Positions 42,441-57,752 of a DNA stretch of 64,000 nt are shown piece by piece. Position numbers and translations under genes: made by a program. The notes beneath the pieces were generated by a model. The model was not told where the DNA came from. It saw only the letters and a program-made list of their open reading frames with translations, and ran no database searches. The stretch is from NCBI RefSeq assembly GCF_009914755.1, contig NC_060929.1. One strand, 5' to 3'. The DNA comes from the human T2T-CHM13v2.0 reference genome, Homo sapiens. The number at the start of each line of letters is the position of its first letter. The first letter of the stretch is position 1.

Positions 42441-43201
42441 GTTTTATTCAGCACAGCACATTAAATGCTCACTAGACTGCTGACAGTCTCATAACCCTTA
42501 TTGACAGGGAAATCATCAGGAAGCTTCTGACCAGGAAAGAATTTGTTGTTCAGATGATAAGAGAATTAGCAGCCATGGGGAAATGGCATATCTGAACTGT
42601 TCTTGCCTTCACTGTATGGCTTCTTCTGCTTCTCTGGGTCATGAGAATCTTACATCTTGCTCTGAATTGGAAAGAGCACATCTAGCTGCTCCCAGAACCA
42701 CACTCCAGTGGAAGATGGCATCTGACTTGTTTGACTGTTAGGTCAGTGGCCATCTATGCCTTCCACAACCGTGGCACAGAGTGAGGACTCCCTAACACCA
42801 GAAGGAGGCCAGACTCTAGGCTATCAAAAACCAGCAAAGCATGGAGTGATTTACAGATTTAGGATTACAATACAGCTTGAATTGTCAGCTCATATTATAG
42901 CCATTAACATGTCTAAAAGTTATTAATTTTTTAACTAGACAAGCTGAGTTTATGTTTCACTCAAGTCATATCTAATTATTTTGAGGTAGAGTAAAAAGAT
43001 GTGTATTCTACGAAAGATTTGAAATAGTCTTCAAAACTGACTAAAACCTAATTCACTGTTTTGTTCCTTCTCATCATAGGAATGTATACAGTATTTGTTT
43101 TCTCCCTCATTCTCCATGTAAACCTATCATGCTGTCAAACAATTTTGTACAGCAGTGCCAGCTGAAAGAATAGGCATATGATGAAATGCCGTAACACTAG
43201 G

Positions 43202-43236
43202 AAATAACTTTTCCAATGTAAATAACTTTTCCAATG
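43202..43236. repeat. 18-bp-period tandem duplication
   Basis: aaataacttttccaatg at 43202 and 43220. Confidence 0.85.
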
Positions 43237-44226
43237 GAAATAGTTCTATGTCTATCTTTTATAGACTACTGAATTTTCCAGTGTTTTGTTGTTTTGCTTT
43301 TCCAGATAACAGAGCATTAATGCAGCTGCAGACCATTCTACACAGAAAATCTTTAGATTTGTCTCCCTCACTGGACATAATTCACATGCTCTATTTTATT
43401 TCCCATATAATAGTATCATACCTTCACAGTTTATTTGATTGGTGCCAAGCACCCTTATGTATATCACTTAGTCTCTATGAAAAATACCTTCAGTGACAGC
43501 AGAATTTAATGTCATGTTTCTTGCCACAGCTTTACTCCCTGTAGCAAAAGCCTTCTTTTATGAGTATGTCAACATTATTGAAGCATTTTTGGGATTTCTG
43601 CAGTAGATTTTTATCTGAAGAATGTAAAAGCAAGCATTAGACTGGTTTATTTTTCATATGCACAAATAATCTAGTCCCTTAAAATATGGTAGTTTACACT
43701 GAGTTGCAAACTAAATTCTTATTTCTTCCTATTTCTATGAGGCTCAAGGTTAGTAGACTTGTGGGATAATAGACTGACATATAGTATTGGTAAATTCAAG
43801 TTCATTGATGAGATATTTTATTCTTCCACTCATTCAAAAAGGCATTTTTTCCAGTGGAACCACGAGAAGCAACTGAAAATATCTAAATAAATTCCAAATA
43901 ATTGCTACAACAGCCATTTTTATGTGGGAGGACAAATCATTTAATATAAAAGAGTGACCATCCATGTATCACCAAACTAGCCATCTATGTAGTTTGGTGA
44001 TGGTGATAATACAGAAGATTAACTGTAAGCAATTAAAAATTTTGCATTACAAGTTAATATGGCAAGTTTCCAGAAAGATAAAACCTCTGTTCCTCCCTAT
44101 ATTTCTGGATGTTTTAGGAAATGAAACACAGTAGGATATTTTTATTTGGAAAGCCTGATCTTAAGGTAAGAATTGAAATGAAATGAAATTTTATTTAGAA
44201 GTAAGCCAACTCCTAACCAAATAAAC

Positions 44227-44263
44227 AACACACACACACACACAGACACAGAGAGAGAGAGAG
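44227..44263. repeat. (CA)n(GA)n compound dinucleotide STR
   Basis: Directly visible. Confidence 0.9.
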
Positions 44264-44591
44264 AATATAAAAATTCTAACACTACATAGAGATACACAGT
44301 GAAAACTTTTTTGAGGAAAAGATCCACCAACTAAGCTCCTTAAATCATCCGTAGGTTTTGCCAGCCGCCACCTGTTAGTACATATAGATTGCTGCTTATG
44401 TTTGATTCACTCTATTTCTCTCCACTTACAGTAGCCTAGTTACATATGCATTGTCTTTCTGTTTCACACTCAAAAGGACTAGATAAAGCTCATACTCAGC
44501 ATTGAATATCAAGTTACATGATCTAGTGGAGAGAGTCCACAAATAATCTGAAACATATCTTATGCCATGCCATGACATTTACATTGAGGTA

Positions 44592-44985
44592 TAATATAGT
44601 TTGGCTCTGTATCCCCACCCAAATCTCATGTTGAATTTTAATCCCCAGTGTTGAAGGTGAGGCCTGGTGGGAGGTGATTTGATCATGGGGGTGGTTTCTA
44701 ATGGGTTAGCACTATACCTCTAAAGCTGTCTCGTGACAGAGTTCTCATGAGTTCTCGTTGTAAAAAAGTGTGCACCTCCTTCTTCACTCTCTTCCTCTGC
44801 TTCGGCCATGTAAGATGTGCTTGCTTCCCCTTAACATTCTGCCATGATTGTAAGTTTTCTGAGGCCTCCCCAGAAGCAGAAACCTGTACAGCCTGCAGAA
44901 CCATGAGTCAATTAAACCTCTTTTTTTTGATAAATTACCCAGTCTTGTGTACCTCTTTATAGCAGTGGGAGCATGAACTAATATA
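44592..44985 (+). mobile_element. MSTA solo LTR
   Basis: gtttggctctgtatccccacccaaatctcatgttgaa...cctgtacagcctgcagaaccatgagtcaattaaacc; TSD-like aggta/atgta. Confidence 0.9.
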
Positions 44986-45798
44986 ATGTATCTACTTTTT
45001 TTATATCAGAACTTTTGCATAAATGGTAGAACATTTGAAATTTCTCTTTCTAAAACTATTGAAATTTCAAACTCTCAGGAAAAAAAGTCATCTTTTTATA
45101 TTGCACAGAGCATTATAGGGTCTCTCATCCAATATGCTTTGTGAATGACTGCCACCGAGAATGTTTCTTCTGAAATGGTTGTTCTTCCTCTGAATTCTCA
45201 TCCTTTGAAAGAAAACAAAGCTTGATTTTGGCTCCCAATTTATAATCAACTTTCTGTAAGACATTAAACAAGCCATTTTGGTTATATTTGTTGTGGTTAT
45301 ATTTGGTTATATTTGTTTGGTTATTGTTGTGTTTCTTAAATAGCAAATGACTTGGAAAGATATAATGAAAAAGTGTTAAACTTTCGAAAGCAAAATAATA
45401 TTATCTTATAATTTTATAATACATCTACATCTAAAAAGATTTCCTCAAGTATTTTTAATTTCATATCTTTTTGTAATAAATGGGTACTTAAAAGTTTTGT
45501 TTAATCTTCTAAAAATATAGCACAAATGTTTTATCTTTTATTGACTGTGGACTGGTCTCCTTAAGTAGAATATCAGGAAGTTTCCAGATAGTCTTTGCCA
45601 GTTTATCACTTACATGGCATTGAGTGGATAAAAAGTTAAAAAAATTCTGTATAACCAAATTTGGCTTACAGAAGAATGTAATTTTCATTCTTGGCTCTGT
45701 CTATAATTATGTCATCTTCACCAAGTCAAATCTTCTCTGAATCTCTGTTTCCTCATTTAATTAAAAGATTTGACCACATAATTTTTAAGATCTATCCA

Positions 45799-46076
45799 GT
45801 TTTTTTTCTTGAGACAGGATCTCACTCCACCCAGGCTGGAGTGCAATGGTGATACCAAGGTTCACTGAAGTTCAGTTTCTGGACTCAGATGACCCTCCTA
45901 CCTCAGCCTCCCAGGTAACTGGGACTACAGGCATGCATCACCACATCCAGCTAGTTTTTTATAGAGATGAAGTTTCGCCATGTTGCTTAGGCTGGTCTTG
46001 AGCTCCTGAGCCCAAGCTGTCTGCTCACTTTGGCCTCCCAAAGTGCTGGGATTACAGGTGTGAGCCATACCCAGCC
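45799..46076 (-). mobile_element. AluJ (degraded)
   Basis: Antisense dimer, gagacaggatctcactc...ctcctgagcccaagc. Confidence 0.88.
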
Positions 46077-46269
46077 TCCATCTGATGTTTAAATTGCTTT
46101 TTAAAAAAATTTCACCTCTTCATTGATGATTTAAAAATATTTTCAGTCCACAGTCAGTAAGTCTATGAGGAAACTACAGTAAAATGTTCTAAAATTACTC
46201 TGTTTTCCTTATAATATATTAGATTCTTGCCATATTTTGTCGGATGTTCATAATACATTAACCAGACTG

Positions 46270-46840
46270 GAGATCAAATGTTCATCATCAATGGGATGAA
46301 TGAATCAGTTGTGATATAGTCATACCAAAGAATACTAATAGCTATGCAAAACAATATGGCTGAATCTCACAGTGATGTTCAATTAAAAAAAATAGGGCAC
46401 AAAAGAATACTTACAGCTATATTCCTTTTGTGTAAATTTAAAAACCAGGAAGAACTAAACTCTATTATTTAGGGATGCACATATAGGTTATAAAACTACA
46501 CACCCACACCCACACCCCTCCATATACATATATATTATACACACACATATATACATACATATATGTGTATGTATATACATATAGATATGTATATATACAC
46601 TTATATGTGTATATGCATACACGTGTGTGTGTATGTATGTGTGTCTGTGTGTATTTAGGGAAGCTATTATTCTAAAGGTCAGAATAGTGTTTATCTCCAA
46701 GGTTCAAGGAAGGGAGGGTCCCCAAGTAGCTTTTAAGGTACTAGCAATGTTCTATAGGCAGTGATTAAATGAGATTTTTGCATTACTTATTAAGTATATG
46801 GTTCATAAATTTTTCTGTGTATGAGTATTATAATAAAAAA
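46270..46840 (+). mobile_element. L1ME-class 3' fragment
   Basis: aaatgttcatcatcaatgg...atggctgaatctcac...aggaagaactaaactct. Confidence 0.55.
46498..46652. repeat. Imperfect (CA)/(TA)/(TG) microsatellite
   Basis: Alternating purine-pyrimidine tract, directly visible. Confidence 0.9.
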
Positions 46841-48342
46841 TACTAATGCCAGAACCTATAAGTGTAGGAAATTGTCTTCTATTAAGACTTTTGATTTTGT
46901 CTGTATGGTATCTGTGAGTTATGTCCATACCTTAGATAATGTTTATTTTTCTGTAAACACTGTGGCGCCTCACCTAGGGGTATATCAAATTGACTGGTAC
47001 CTGAGTGAAATAAACAGAAAGGAATAATTCAGTAATATTAGCATAGCCATGACTATTAGATTCTGTCCTTACTTGTAAAAGACAGACAATGACTTAGATA
47101 AGTCCGTATTGTTTCCAATTTTAATTTGATGGTTCATTTAGAACATATAAAAATGTAAGTTGTGTTTGATTGGTAGGGACAACTCAAAAAACAAATTTAA
47201 CTTACCAAGATTTTAGGCATTGTCTGACAAAACAGACTATAGTGAATTTTCCTACAAGATATATAGTCAACCTCAGTGATCTCATATTGTATAATGTGAA
47301 AAGGGAATTCATAATATAATTCCACCTTTCTTTCCTCTCTTCTTTCTAAAATGTAAAGATAGGGATTAGAAAATGTAGAAAAAAATAAAGACAGCTAAGA
47401 AACTGTGTGAAACACATATATGGGGCCTGGCTAACGTAATTTTTACAAAATGAATGATGACAAAATCTTCACCTTCCGTCATGACTTCATGATTTTAAGA
47501 AGTTATTACGTGATAGTCCAGAGTCTCTACTTTGATGTCCTATCTGTCCAGGTAGGCCCATATTCCTGCTCCCACTCCCTTAAAAATCCCACTCCATCAG
47601 GAACGTGATGTCTGACAAGACTATATGGTAAGTTAATTTGCACTAAGGTGTTAGTAGATAAATAGTTACATCATTCTATTTTTCCCAGGTTGCATTTACA
47701 TTTTAAGTACCTTTAATAGCCAAATCAAACTATACACTAATATTGGGAATTTCAACCTCTGAGGCTAGTTGATAAGAGATTTTTTTTCCCAAAGACCCTA
47801 TGTTGAACACTGCAGAGGTAAAGATTAAGACATGATCTCTATATTCCAAGATTTCACTGTGCGGTGGAATTCAGAAATAACTTCAGTGAAGTATAAGTGC
47901 AACTGTACAGATTGAGAGCACTGATGGCATGAAGTGTTGGGAAATGAGGTCATATATAAACAGCATTTATTATGCCCACTTAGCACCTAGTAGACTTCTC
48001 AGACTACCTGCAATCTATTTTCTTTCTGTCATTAATTAGTTTATAGGTCTTAAGCAAGCAGCTCAACACCTCGAGGCTTTAAAAGACATATACATAGAAT
48101 AAAGGACATAGGAAAGCCGTCTCTGAGATCTTTATAAGCTTTAATACACGGCATAAGTTTTAAGAGGAAGGATTATATAAATCATAATATTTTTATTTTG
48201 CTGAATCTGAACCCTGACTGTTGTTATCCATAATGTCTCTGAGAGGTATTCAAGGTAGACCTGCAGGTGTCTGATGAATGCATTTTGTTGCCTACTGTTT
48301 GGTATCTAACATTTTCTTCCCTTCTGTTGACATAGTCTCTTG

Positions 48343-48740
48343 ATAGTAGTCAGAATAAGAGAAGTTATGCTATAGTAACAAACCCTGAAATGTTAGTGGC
48401 CTTGTACATGAAATTTTATTCTTCCTCAAAAATCATGCATAGTTCACTGAGGATCTGACAGCCCTCCTGGGAAGGTCTCCTGCAAGTTGTGACTTAGAGA
48501 CCAAATCTAACAGGGATTCCACCATCTAATGTTTACAACTAAACAACTGATCTGAAGGGTCATCAATACAGGGGAAAAAATATCTAGAAGATCTTGCATT
48601 GGCTCTTGAATGCTTTGGCCTGAAAGTAAACAGACCACTTCTATTTACAGAGCATTAACCAGAAGTAGTCATATTGTTTCACTTAATTGCAATGGGACTG
48701 GATAAATGTGAGTAGTATATGAATATTTTGCAAGAAGTTA
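48343..48740 (-). mobile_element. MLT1J/K-like LTR
   Basis: tagtcagaataagagaagttatgctatagtaacaaaccctgaaatgttagtggc. Confidence 0.5.
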
Positions 48741-49344
48741 TTGCTTCTGGTTCATTCTCCGTGATAGCTTCCATGACCATTGCTGCCACGGATTCTTTGC
48801 AGCCTCGAAATATCAGAGTGGTGCTATGTTGTCTGCACACTCAAAGCACGAGACCCAGTGTTCCATCCTACAGTGTGGAAGAGCTTTCTGCCCCTTTTAT
48901 GTTATACATTATCCCTGGACACCAAACAATGCCACTTGTGAACTAAAGACAAAAAGCATTTAATGTGAACTTTTTTCAGCTTCTGCTTATAAGCCCACAC
49001 AAGTGGTATTAATTGCCGATTATCCAGAAGACAGAAATAATATTCTCCTTTCGAGGTGATACATTTTCCTTCCTGTCTTTCAATCATTCTCATCTTTCTA
49101 GAGTTCATATTCGGGGCATATGACAAAAGGCTTGTGTTTCTCTGCAGAGCTCAGGCCATAGAAATATATCAAGCCATGTTTGTTTATTCTTTCTCTTTCT
49201 CCTAACTTTTAGATCATTAGCTCTTTGAGGACAGAACAGAACTTTTTAATACTAGGTATGCAATCTATCCTGATGTGATTACTTAATAAATTAATATATA
49301 AATAGGCCAAAATTGACATTATAGTTTAAAAATGAGAAGCAGTC

Positions 49345-49588
49345 TGTATTAGTCAGTGTTGTCCAGAGAGACAGAACCAATAGAAGATAGATAGATGATT
49401 AGATAGATAGATAGATAGATAGATAGACAGATACATGGTAGATGAGAGGGAATTTCTCAGATAAATTGGCTCATGCAATTGATCAAACCATAAATCCCGT
49501 AATCTACAAGCTAGAGAACCAGAGAAGCCAAACTCTCAGTCTGAGGCCAAAGGTCTGAGAACCCAGGAAGGCCGCTGGTGCAAGTTCC
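49345..49588 (-). mobile_element. MLT2 (ERVL) LTR fragment containing (GATA)n
   Basis: tgtattagtcagtgttgtccagagagacagaaccaatag...aattggctcatgcaatt...aaggtctgagaaccc; GATA tract at about 49386-49433. Confidence 0.82.
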
Positions 49589-50201
49589 AAACAAATTACT
49601 TACTGTAACCTTGTGTTTCTAAAGGTTTCTGTATCAAGCCCAAAGCTAAAACAATGAAAAACATAGTCACTCTCCATAGAATTAAAATCATAGTAGTTGG
49701 TGGAAATGCTGGTAGCACCAGGTTCTCTGTTAGGTATGACCAAGTTCAGTCTTTACAACGCCACAGAAGTGAAGTAATTGGCTGTCAAAGGTTGACTGGC
49801 AGTTTTCATATCATCCATTCATACCAATAAGCAACATTGTCAATATGTTCTACTTTCTAAAATTAAATAAACATAACAGTATTACCCTTAATTTTATTGT
49901 AAATGATATATTTGTAAGATTTTAATTAAAGAATAAATCCTCAAGGAGTTAAGAGTGTTTCTAATGCTTCAGAAGATAAAGAAAAATCTCTCTCATGGCC
50001 TAATAAAGAGAGGTTTTTATTGTTCAGGAAAAGAAGAGGGGAAATGAGATAACAGTGAAGATAGAAGGTGAAAGGAAGGAAAAAGAACTTGTGGTATCAG
50101 TGAAAGCAGGTGCTTGCTTAGAGAAGGGGCAAGGGAAATCCTCAAGGCAAAGGTAAAGAATAGTCCTTTTGACAAGAAGACTATTTTTTTATATGTTTGG
50201 T

Positions 50202-50206
50202 TTCTT

Positions 50207-50237
<31 letters not shown>

Positions 50238-50516
50238 TTATTATTATTATTATTATTATTTTACTTTAAGTTCTAGGGTACAGGTGCACAACATGCAGGC
50301 TCCTTACATAGGTATACATGCGCCATGCTGGCCCACTGCACCCATCAACCCGTCATTTACATTAGGTATTTCTCCCCATGCTATCCCTCCCCCCACCCCT
50401 ACCCCACGACAGGCCCTGGTGTGTGATGTTCCCCACCCTGTGTCCAAGTGTTCTCATTGTTCAGTTCCCACCTATGAGTGAGAACATGTGGTGTTTGGTT
50501 TTCTGTCCTTGTGATA
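50202..50516 (-). mobile_element. L1PA6/7-like short 3' end with (TTC)n(TTA)n tail
   Basis: 3'UTR ttactttaagttctagggtaca...cccatcaacccgtcatttacattagg. Confidence 0.9.
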
Positions 50517-50817
50517 AAAGAATGACTTGTATTTAGAAATGCTTTGTGTCAGTGTCATTTGTGAAAAATGGTGAAAAAGATGAACAGAAGTAGGAGTCTG
50601 GAAGCAGAAGGAACTCTGGGTATGTAAGTGACAAGATGTTGCAAAAATTGTAGCAGAGCTGTGGTTTCCTCAAGCTGTGGTTTGGGGGGTGGGTGATTAA
50701 TGCAATTGTATCTATAATTTAAGGGCCAGAGAAACCCCACCTGATATCTGGGTTACATGTCAAGTGTCTTAATTCACTATTTTGTAAATTATAGGCTGAT
50801 AAAAATAATTTAGGGTT

Positions 50818-51160
50818 TGCTATTGTCTGATTATTTATGTCCTCCCAAAATTATATGTTGAAACCTAATCTCTAGTGTAATAGTATTAGGAGATAGGGAT
50901 TTTCGAAGTTGATTAAGACATAAGGGATCTATCCTCATAAATGGGATTAGTGCTCTTACAAATGAGGCCCAAGAGAGTTTGTTTTCCCCTTCTACCATGT
51001 GAGGACACAGCAAGAAGTTACTATTAGGCAGAAGGTGAGATCCCATCAAACACCAAATCTACTAGTACCTTGATCTTGGACTTCCCAGCCTCCAGAACAT
51101 TTCTATTGCTTATAAATACTAAAGTATTTTGTTTTTGTTAGCCTACATGAACTAAAGACA
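50818..51160 (+). mobile_element. MLT1A solo LTR
   Basis: atgttgaaacctaatc...atgggattagtgctctta...catgtgaggacacagcaagaag...ttggacttcccagcctccagaac. Confidence 0.87.
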
Positions 51161-51569
51161 AAGTGCTTATACTCTCCCACATCCATCCCCTGAAGATTTT
51201 ATTCTGTAAGTCTCTGATGGGAGGCAAGTATGGCAGACACTGTTCTTCCCTTCTTTCTGATTTATCTGGTCTAATATAATTACAATGCAGTCAAGAAAAA
51301 AAAAATGGCAAGTAGAACACCATAAGAAGATAAAATAATGAACAAAAATTCCAATCACTGGGCTGATACTTTTAGACTTTCAGCAGTAGTTTTTGAGCAT
51401 TCAGTTATAATGATTTTTAAGTTTTCCTATTTCGGTTCCAAGACCATGACAAAGTGAGATGAAAAATGAATCACTCAAAAAAGTGGGAAAGAAATAAGAA
51501 CTCCCAAACCAGCATCAGAGGAGAAAACAAAATAACTATTCAAATCAGATATAACCATATAAGCCAATT

Positions 51570-54500
51570 GAATTTCCAGCTATGACAGATTAATTAGGGT
51601 CAGATTATCCTTCCTTCTATAAATAACTAGAAAATGGGATGGCATACCTTTTAAAACATTTTTAGACATTGGTCAAAAGGCAACACTGGCTGTAATTTCT
51701 GAAAAGGAAATCCAATTAAGAATATCCTTTTATTTCAGCTTTTGCCCAGAGGTACCTTCTGAACTGTAGCTCTGGAAAGATAAACTAAAGCAGTTTGGCA
51801 GTCTTTCTGAGTTCAAGAAGCAAAGATTAGAGTTGGGTCAGAGGAATGAAAGGAGAGAGTTATTTAAAAAAAAAAAAGCATTCCAGAAATCTTTATGGGA
51901 TTTTCCTTTAATCTATTGGTGAATACAAAGGTGTGTGTGTATATATATATATGGTGAATCTCAACATGGTTTTAAGAAATGAACTACAGGGATCTATAAA
52001 TTGAACAATTCCAAGAACTTATGTGTGGTTGAGAGACATTTGACTTCTAAATAGCCAGATTGGGAAGACCTTACCGAACTCCTAGGATATTTAGTGGTGA
52101 CCTCATTAGAATCATAACTTAGTAGTAGGACTAAATTAGACCTAATCTTAAAAGGCTCAAAACTAGCCTTAAAAAATGAAATTCCTTCATAAGTAACTTT
52201 AACACATGCCTCAAAACCTCAAAACTCTTTAAATGAAGACAAATCTAGAAACTCAAAAATGTCACACATTAAAATGTACAAAATAAAACATAATACAACA
52301 GTAACACAAAGAGCTGGAGGGAAAAATGGACATATATATTTGCAAGGGTCTTATATTATACAAAAGTTATACAATATTATTTGAAAATAGGCTTCAATAA
52401 GTTAAAGAGACTTAACATAAACCCAATACCATCAACAAAATATAAAACAAATCAGTCAATAGTAAAGGTAGAGTCCCAAAATGTAAATACATAATCCCAA
52501 GGAAGACAAGAAAGAGGAAAATTGAACAAAGTACAGAGAAAACAAATGGTACATGAACAGAAAATGATAGATTTAATAGCAACAATCATAGTGGTAATTA
52601 CATTAACTATAAATGATCTAAACATGCTTTTTAAAAGGCACAGATTATTAAATGGGAACTGCAAAAAAAGATTTGTATAATGTCTATTTTAAAAATCAGA
52701 TAGATTAAAGTGAAAAGTAAAAGAATGGAAATAAATATACCCTTCACTCAGTAATGTAAGCATAAGAAAGTTGGCATGGCTATATTAATATTAGACAAAG
52801 CCGACTTTAAAATGAGAAAAATTACCTGGTATACATATCAGCAAAATCTGACAGAACTTTAAAAACAAGTAGGTAAATCCAGCATTACAGTTTGATATTT
52901 CAATATTCATCTATTGTTGATAAATAGAACAAGTAAAATTGAAATCTGTTGAAATCAGATGACAGATATAACCTGAACAATCCTATCAACCAACATGACC
53001 TCATTAACATATATAGGTAAAGAAACATAGCCAAGAACATTTCTTCCAAGTGCATGTGAAACTTTCACCCAGCTAGATAATATGCCGAATGGTAAGAAGG
53101 CTTGATAAATATAAAAGGACTGTAGTAATACAGAGCATGTTCTCTGACCAAAATTAAATTAAGTTAATCAAATAAAATTGAGTTAGATATCATAACTAAA
53201 ACATATTTTTAAATTTTCAAATACTGTAAAAGTAAACAACATACTTCTAAATAGTGTATGGGTCAAAGAAGGAATTACAAAAGAAATTGCAAAATATTTT
53301 GAAGCAAATGATAATAAAAGCAAAACATATCAAAACCCATACACAGATAAAGCAGTGTTTAGAGGTAAGTTAATGTTTATATTAAAACAATGAGAAGAAT
53401 AAAAAATACAAACAAAACCCAAAGTAAAAGAAAGAAGGAAATGATCTATCAATAAAGAAAATTAATAAAATAGAAAATGTACAAATAAAAGAGGAAAATA
53501 AATTTAACCAAAACTGTTTCTTTGAAAAGAAGGATTAAATTGATAAATCTCTAAAAATGTTGATCAAGGAGAAAAATACACAAATTATGAATATTCAAAA
53601 TAAAAGAGATCCTATAGATATTAAGTAAATAAGGAAATATAATGAACAACTATATGCAAATAAATTGAAGCAACATGGAGAAAAATGGACAAATTTCTTA
53701 CACAAAACAAATTACCAAAACATACACAAGAATAAATAGAAAATTTAAATAATCCTAGTTGATGTAAAAAATGAATTTGTAATGTAAAACCTTTGAACCA
53801 TGAAAACTTCAGGCCTGGAGAACTTTACTAGTGAATTCTGCTAGACATTTAAGCAAGACCTATCAATCTTACACAAACTCTTTTGGAAAATAAGGAAAGA
53901 AATGAATATTTTCTAAAGCATTGAATGAGGCTGACACCACCTGATAAAAAGCAAAAACAGGAAAAGATATTTCAAGAGAATAAAACTACGAACCAAACAT
54001 GTCTCATGAATAAGAATACAAAAATCCTCAGAAAATTTTCTTGGCAAATTGAAGGCAGGAATACAGGAAAATACATCATGGCTAAGTAGTTAATACAGAA
54101 ATTGAAATTTGGTGTAACATTTGATAACCAATTTTGTAATTGACTATTTTATCAGAAGAATTATTTTTTAAAATACGGTTAACTCAATAGATGCAGAAAC
54201 TGCATTCTACAAAATTTAACACATGTTCATAATTACCTAAGAACTAAGAAGAACTTTCTCCACTTGACAAAGTATGTCTACAAGAAAATTACAAAGCAAA
54301 CATTTCGCTTATGATGAAAAACTGAATCCTTCTTCCCCACTAAAATCAATAACAAGGGAAATATATTCATGTTCACCATGTCTATTTAACATTGTATTGA
54401 GGGTAGCCATTGTAATAAAATAAATAGAAGGGGAACAAAGATATATAATTTGGAACAAAATAAGTAAAATTGTTCGTGCTTACACATATGCTTGTGTATG

Positions 54501-54730
54501 CAGGAAATCCTTATGAAGCTGAAACTTAAAGCTCCTATAACTAATGAGTGAATTTAGAAAGATTGCAGGCTACAAAATTGATATACAAAATAACTACATG
54601 CTACAAGTGAACATTTGGAAAATAAACATTGAAAGCAATATCACTCAAAATAGCATCAAAAAAACAGACATACTTAGGGATAAATTTTTTAAAATATGTG
54701 CAAGTTCTGTAAATTAGAACCTGTAAAACT
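51570..54730 (+). mobile_element. Ancient L1M (L1MC/MD-class) 5' region and degraded ORF2; resumes at 63960
   Basis: A-rich ORF2 phrases (atgttctctgacca, tcaatagatgcagaaa, gattgcaggctacaaaat). Confidence 0.75.
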
Positions 54731-56359
54731 CTTTTTTAATTTAATTTAATTTAATTTTTATTATTTTTTAATTTTTAATTTTTGTGGATATATAGTAGGT
54801 GTATATATTTCTGAGGTACACAAGAAGTTTTAATACAGGCATGCAATGTGAAATAAGCACATCATAGAGAATAGGGTAATCATCCCCTCAAGCATTTATT
54901 CTTTGAGTTACAAACAATCCAATTACAGTCCTTAAATTATTCTAAAATGTATCATTAAGTTAGTATTGACTACAGTAACCCTACTGTGCTATCAAATGTA
55001 GATCTTGTTCATTCTTTCTATTGTTTTGGACTCATTAACCATCACAACTTCTCCCCTGGCAGCCCCCAACTACTCTTCCCAGTCTCTGGTGCCCATCCTT
55101 CTACTCTCTATGTCCATGAGTTCCAACATTTTGATTTTTAGATCCCACAAATAAGTGAGAGCATGCAATGTTTGTCTTTCTGTGCCTGGCTTATTTTACT
55201 GAACATGATGGTCTCTAGCGCTATCCATATTGTTGCAAATGACTGGTCCCTTTATTTTCATGGGAATAGTACTCCATTGTGTATATGTATCAGATTTTTT
55301 TATGCATTCATTTTTTGATGGACACTTAGGTTGCTTCCAAATCTTAGATATTGGGAACAGTGCTGCAACAAACATAAGAGAGTGCAGATATCTCTTCAAT
55401 ATACTGATTTTCTTTTTGGGGAGCTATATATCCAGCAACGGTATTGCTGGATAGTATGGTAGCTCAATTTTTAGTTTTTTTGAGGAACCTCCAAATTTCT
55501 CTCCATAGTATTTTTACTAATTTACATTCCCACCAACAGTACAAACGTTCTTTTTTCTTCACATCCTTGCCAGAATTTCTTATTGCCTGTCTTTTGGACA
55601 TAAGCCATTTTAATGGGGGTGAGATGATATCTCATTGTAGTTTTGGTGTGCATTTCCCTGATAATCAATGATGCTGACCACATTTTAATATACCTGTTTG
55701 CTATTTGTATGTCTTCTTATGATAAATGTCTACTCAAATCTTTTGCCATTTTTGGATCTGATTATTAGATTTTTTTTCCTGTAGAGTTGTTTCAGCTCCT
55801 TATATGTTTTGGTTATTAATCCCTTGTTGCATGGGTGCTTTGCAAATATTTTCTCCCATTCTGTGTATCTTTTCACTTTATTGATTGTATCCTTTTCTGT
55901 GCAGAAGATTTTAACTTGATGTGATCCCATTTGTCCATTTGTCCATTTTTGCTTTGATTGCCTGTGCTTGTGGGGTATTTCTCAAGAAATTTTTGCCCAG
56001 ATAAATGTCCTGGAGATTTTCCCCAATGTTTTCTTGTAAGTAGTTTTATAACTTGAGATCTTAGATTTATCTCTTAATCAATTTTTATTTTTGTGTATAG
56101 TAAGAGATGGTGTAGTTTCATTTCTCTGCATGGATATTCAGTTTTCCTAGCACCATCTATCAAAGAGATTCTCTTTTGCCCAGTGTATGTTCTTTGTACC
56201 TTTTTCAAAAATGAGTTCACTGTAGATGTGTGAATTTGCTTCTTGGTTCTTCATTTTGTTCCATTGTTCAATTTGTCTGTCTTTATGCCACTACAATGCT
56301 GTTTTGGTTACTATAGCTCTTTAGTATAATTTGAAGTCAGGCAATGTGATTCTTCCACT

Positions 56360-57752
<1,393 letters not shown>

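Noticed and set aside
47449-47615. C/D-box snoRNA-like start (aatgaatgatgacaaaat), reminiscent of SNORD73 as I recall it
   Set aside because: Similarity fades after about 18-30 nt, and there is no D box with terminal stem at the expected distance; an Rfam cmscan would settle it
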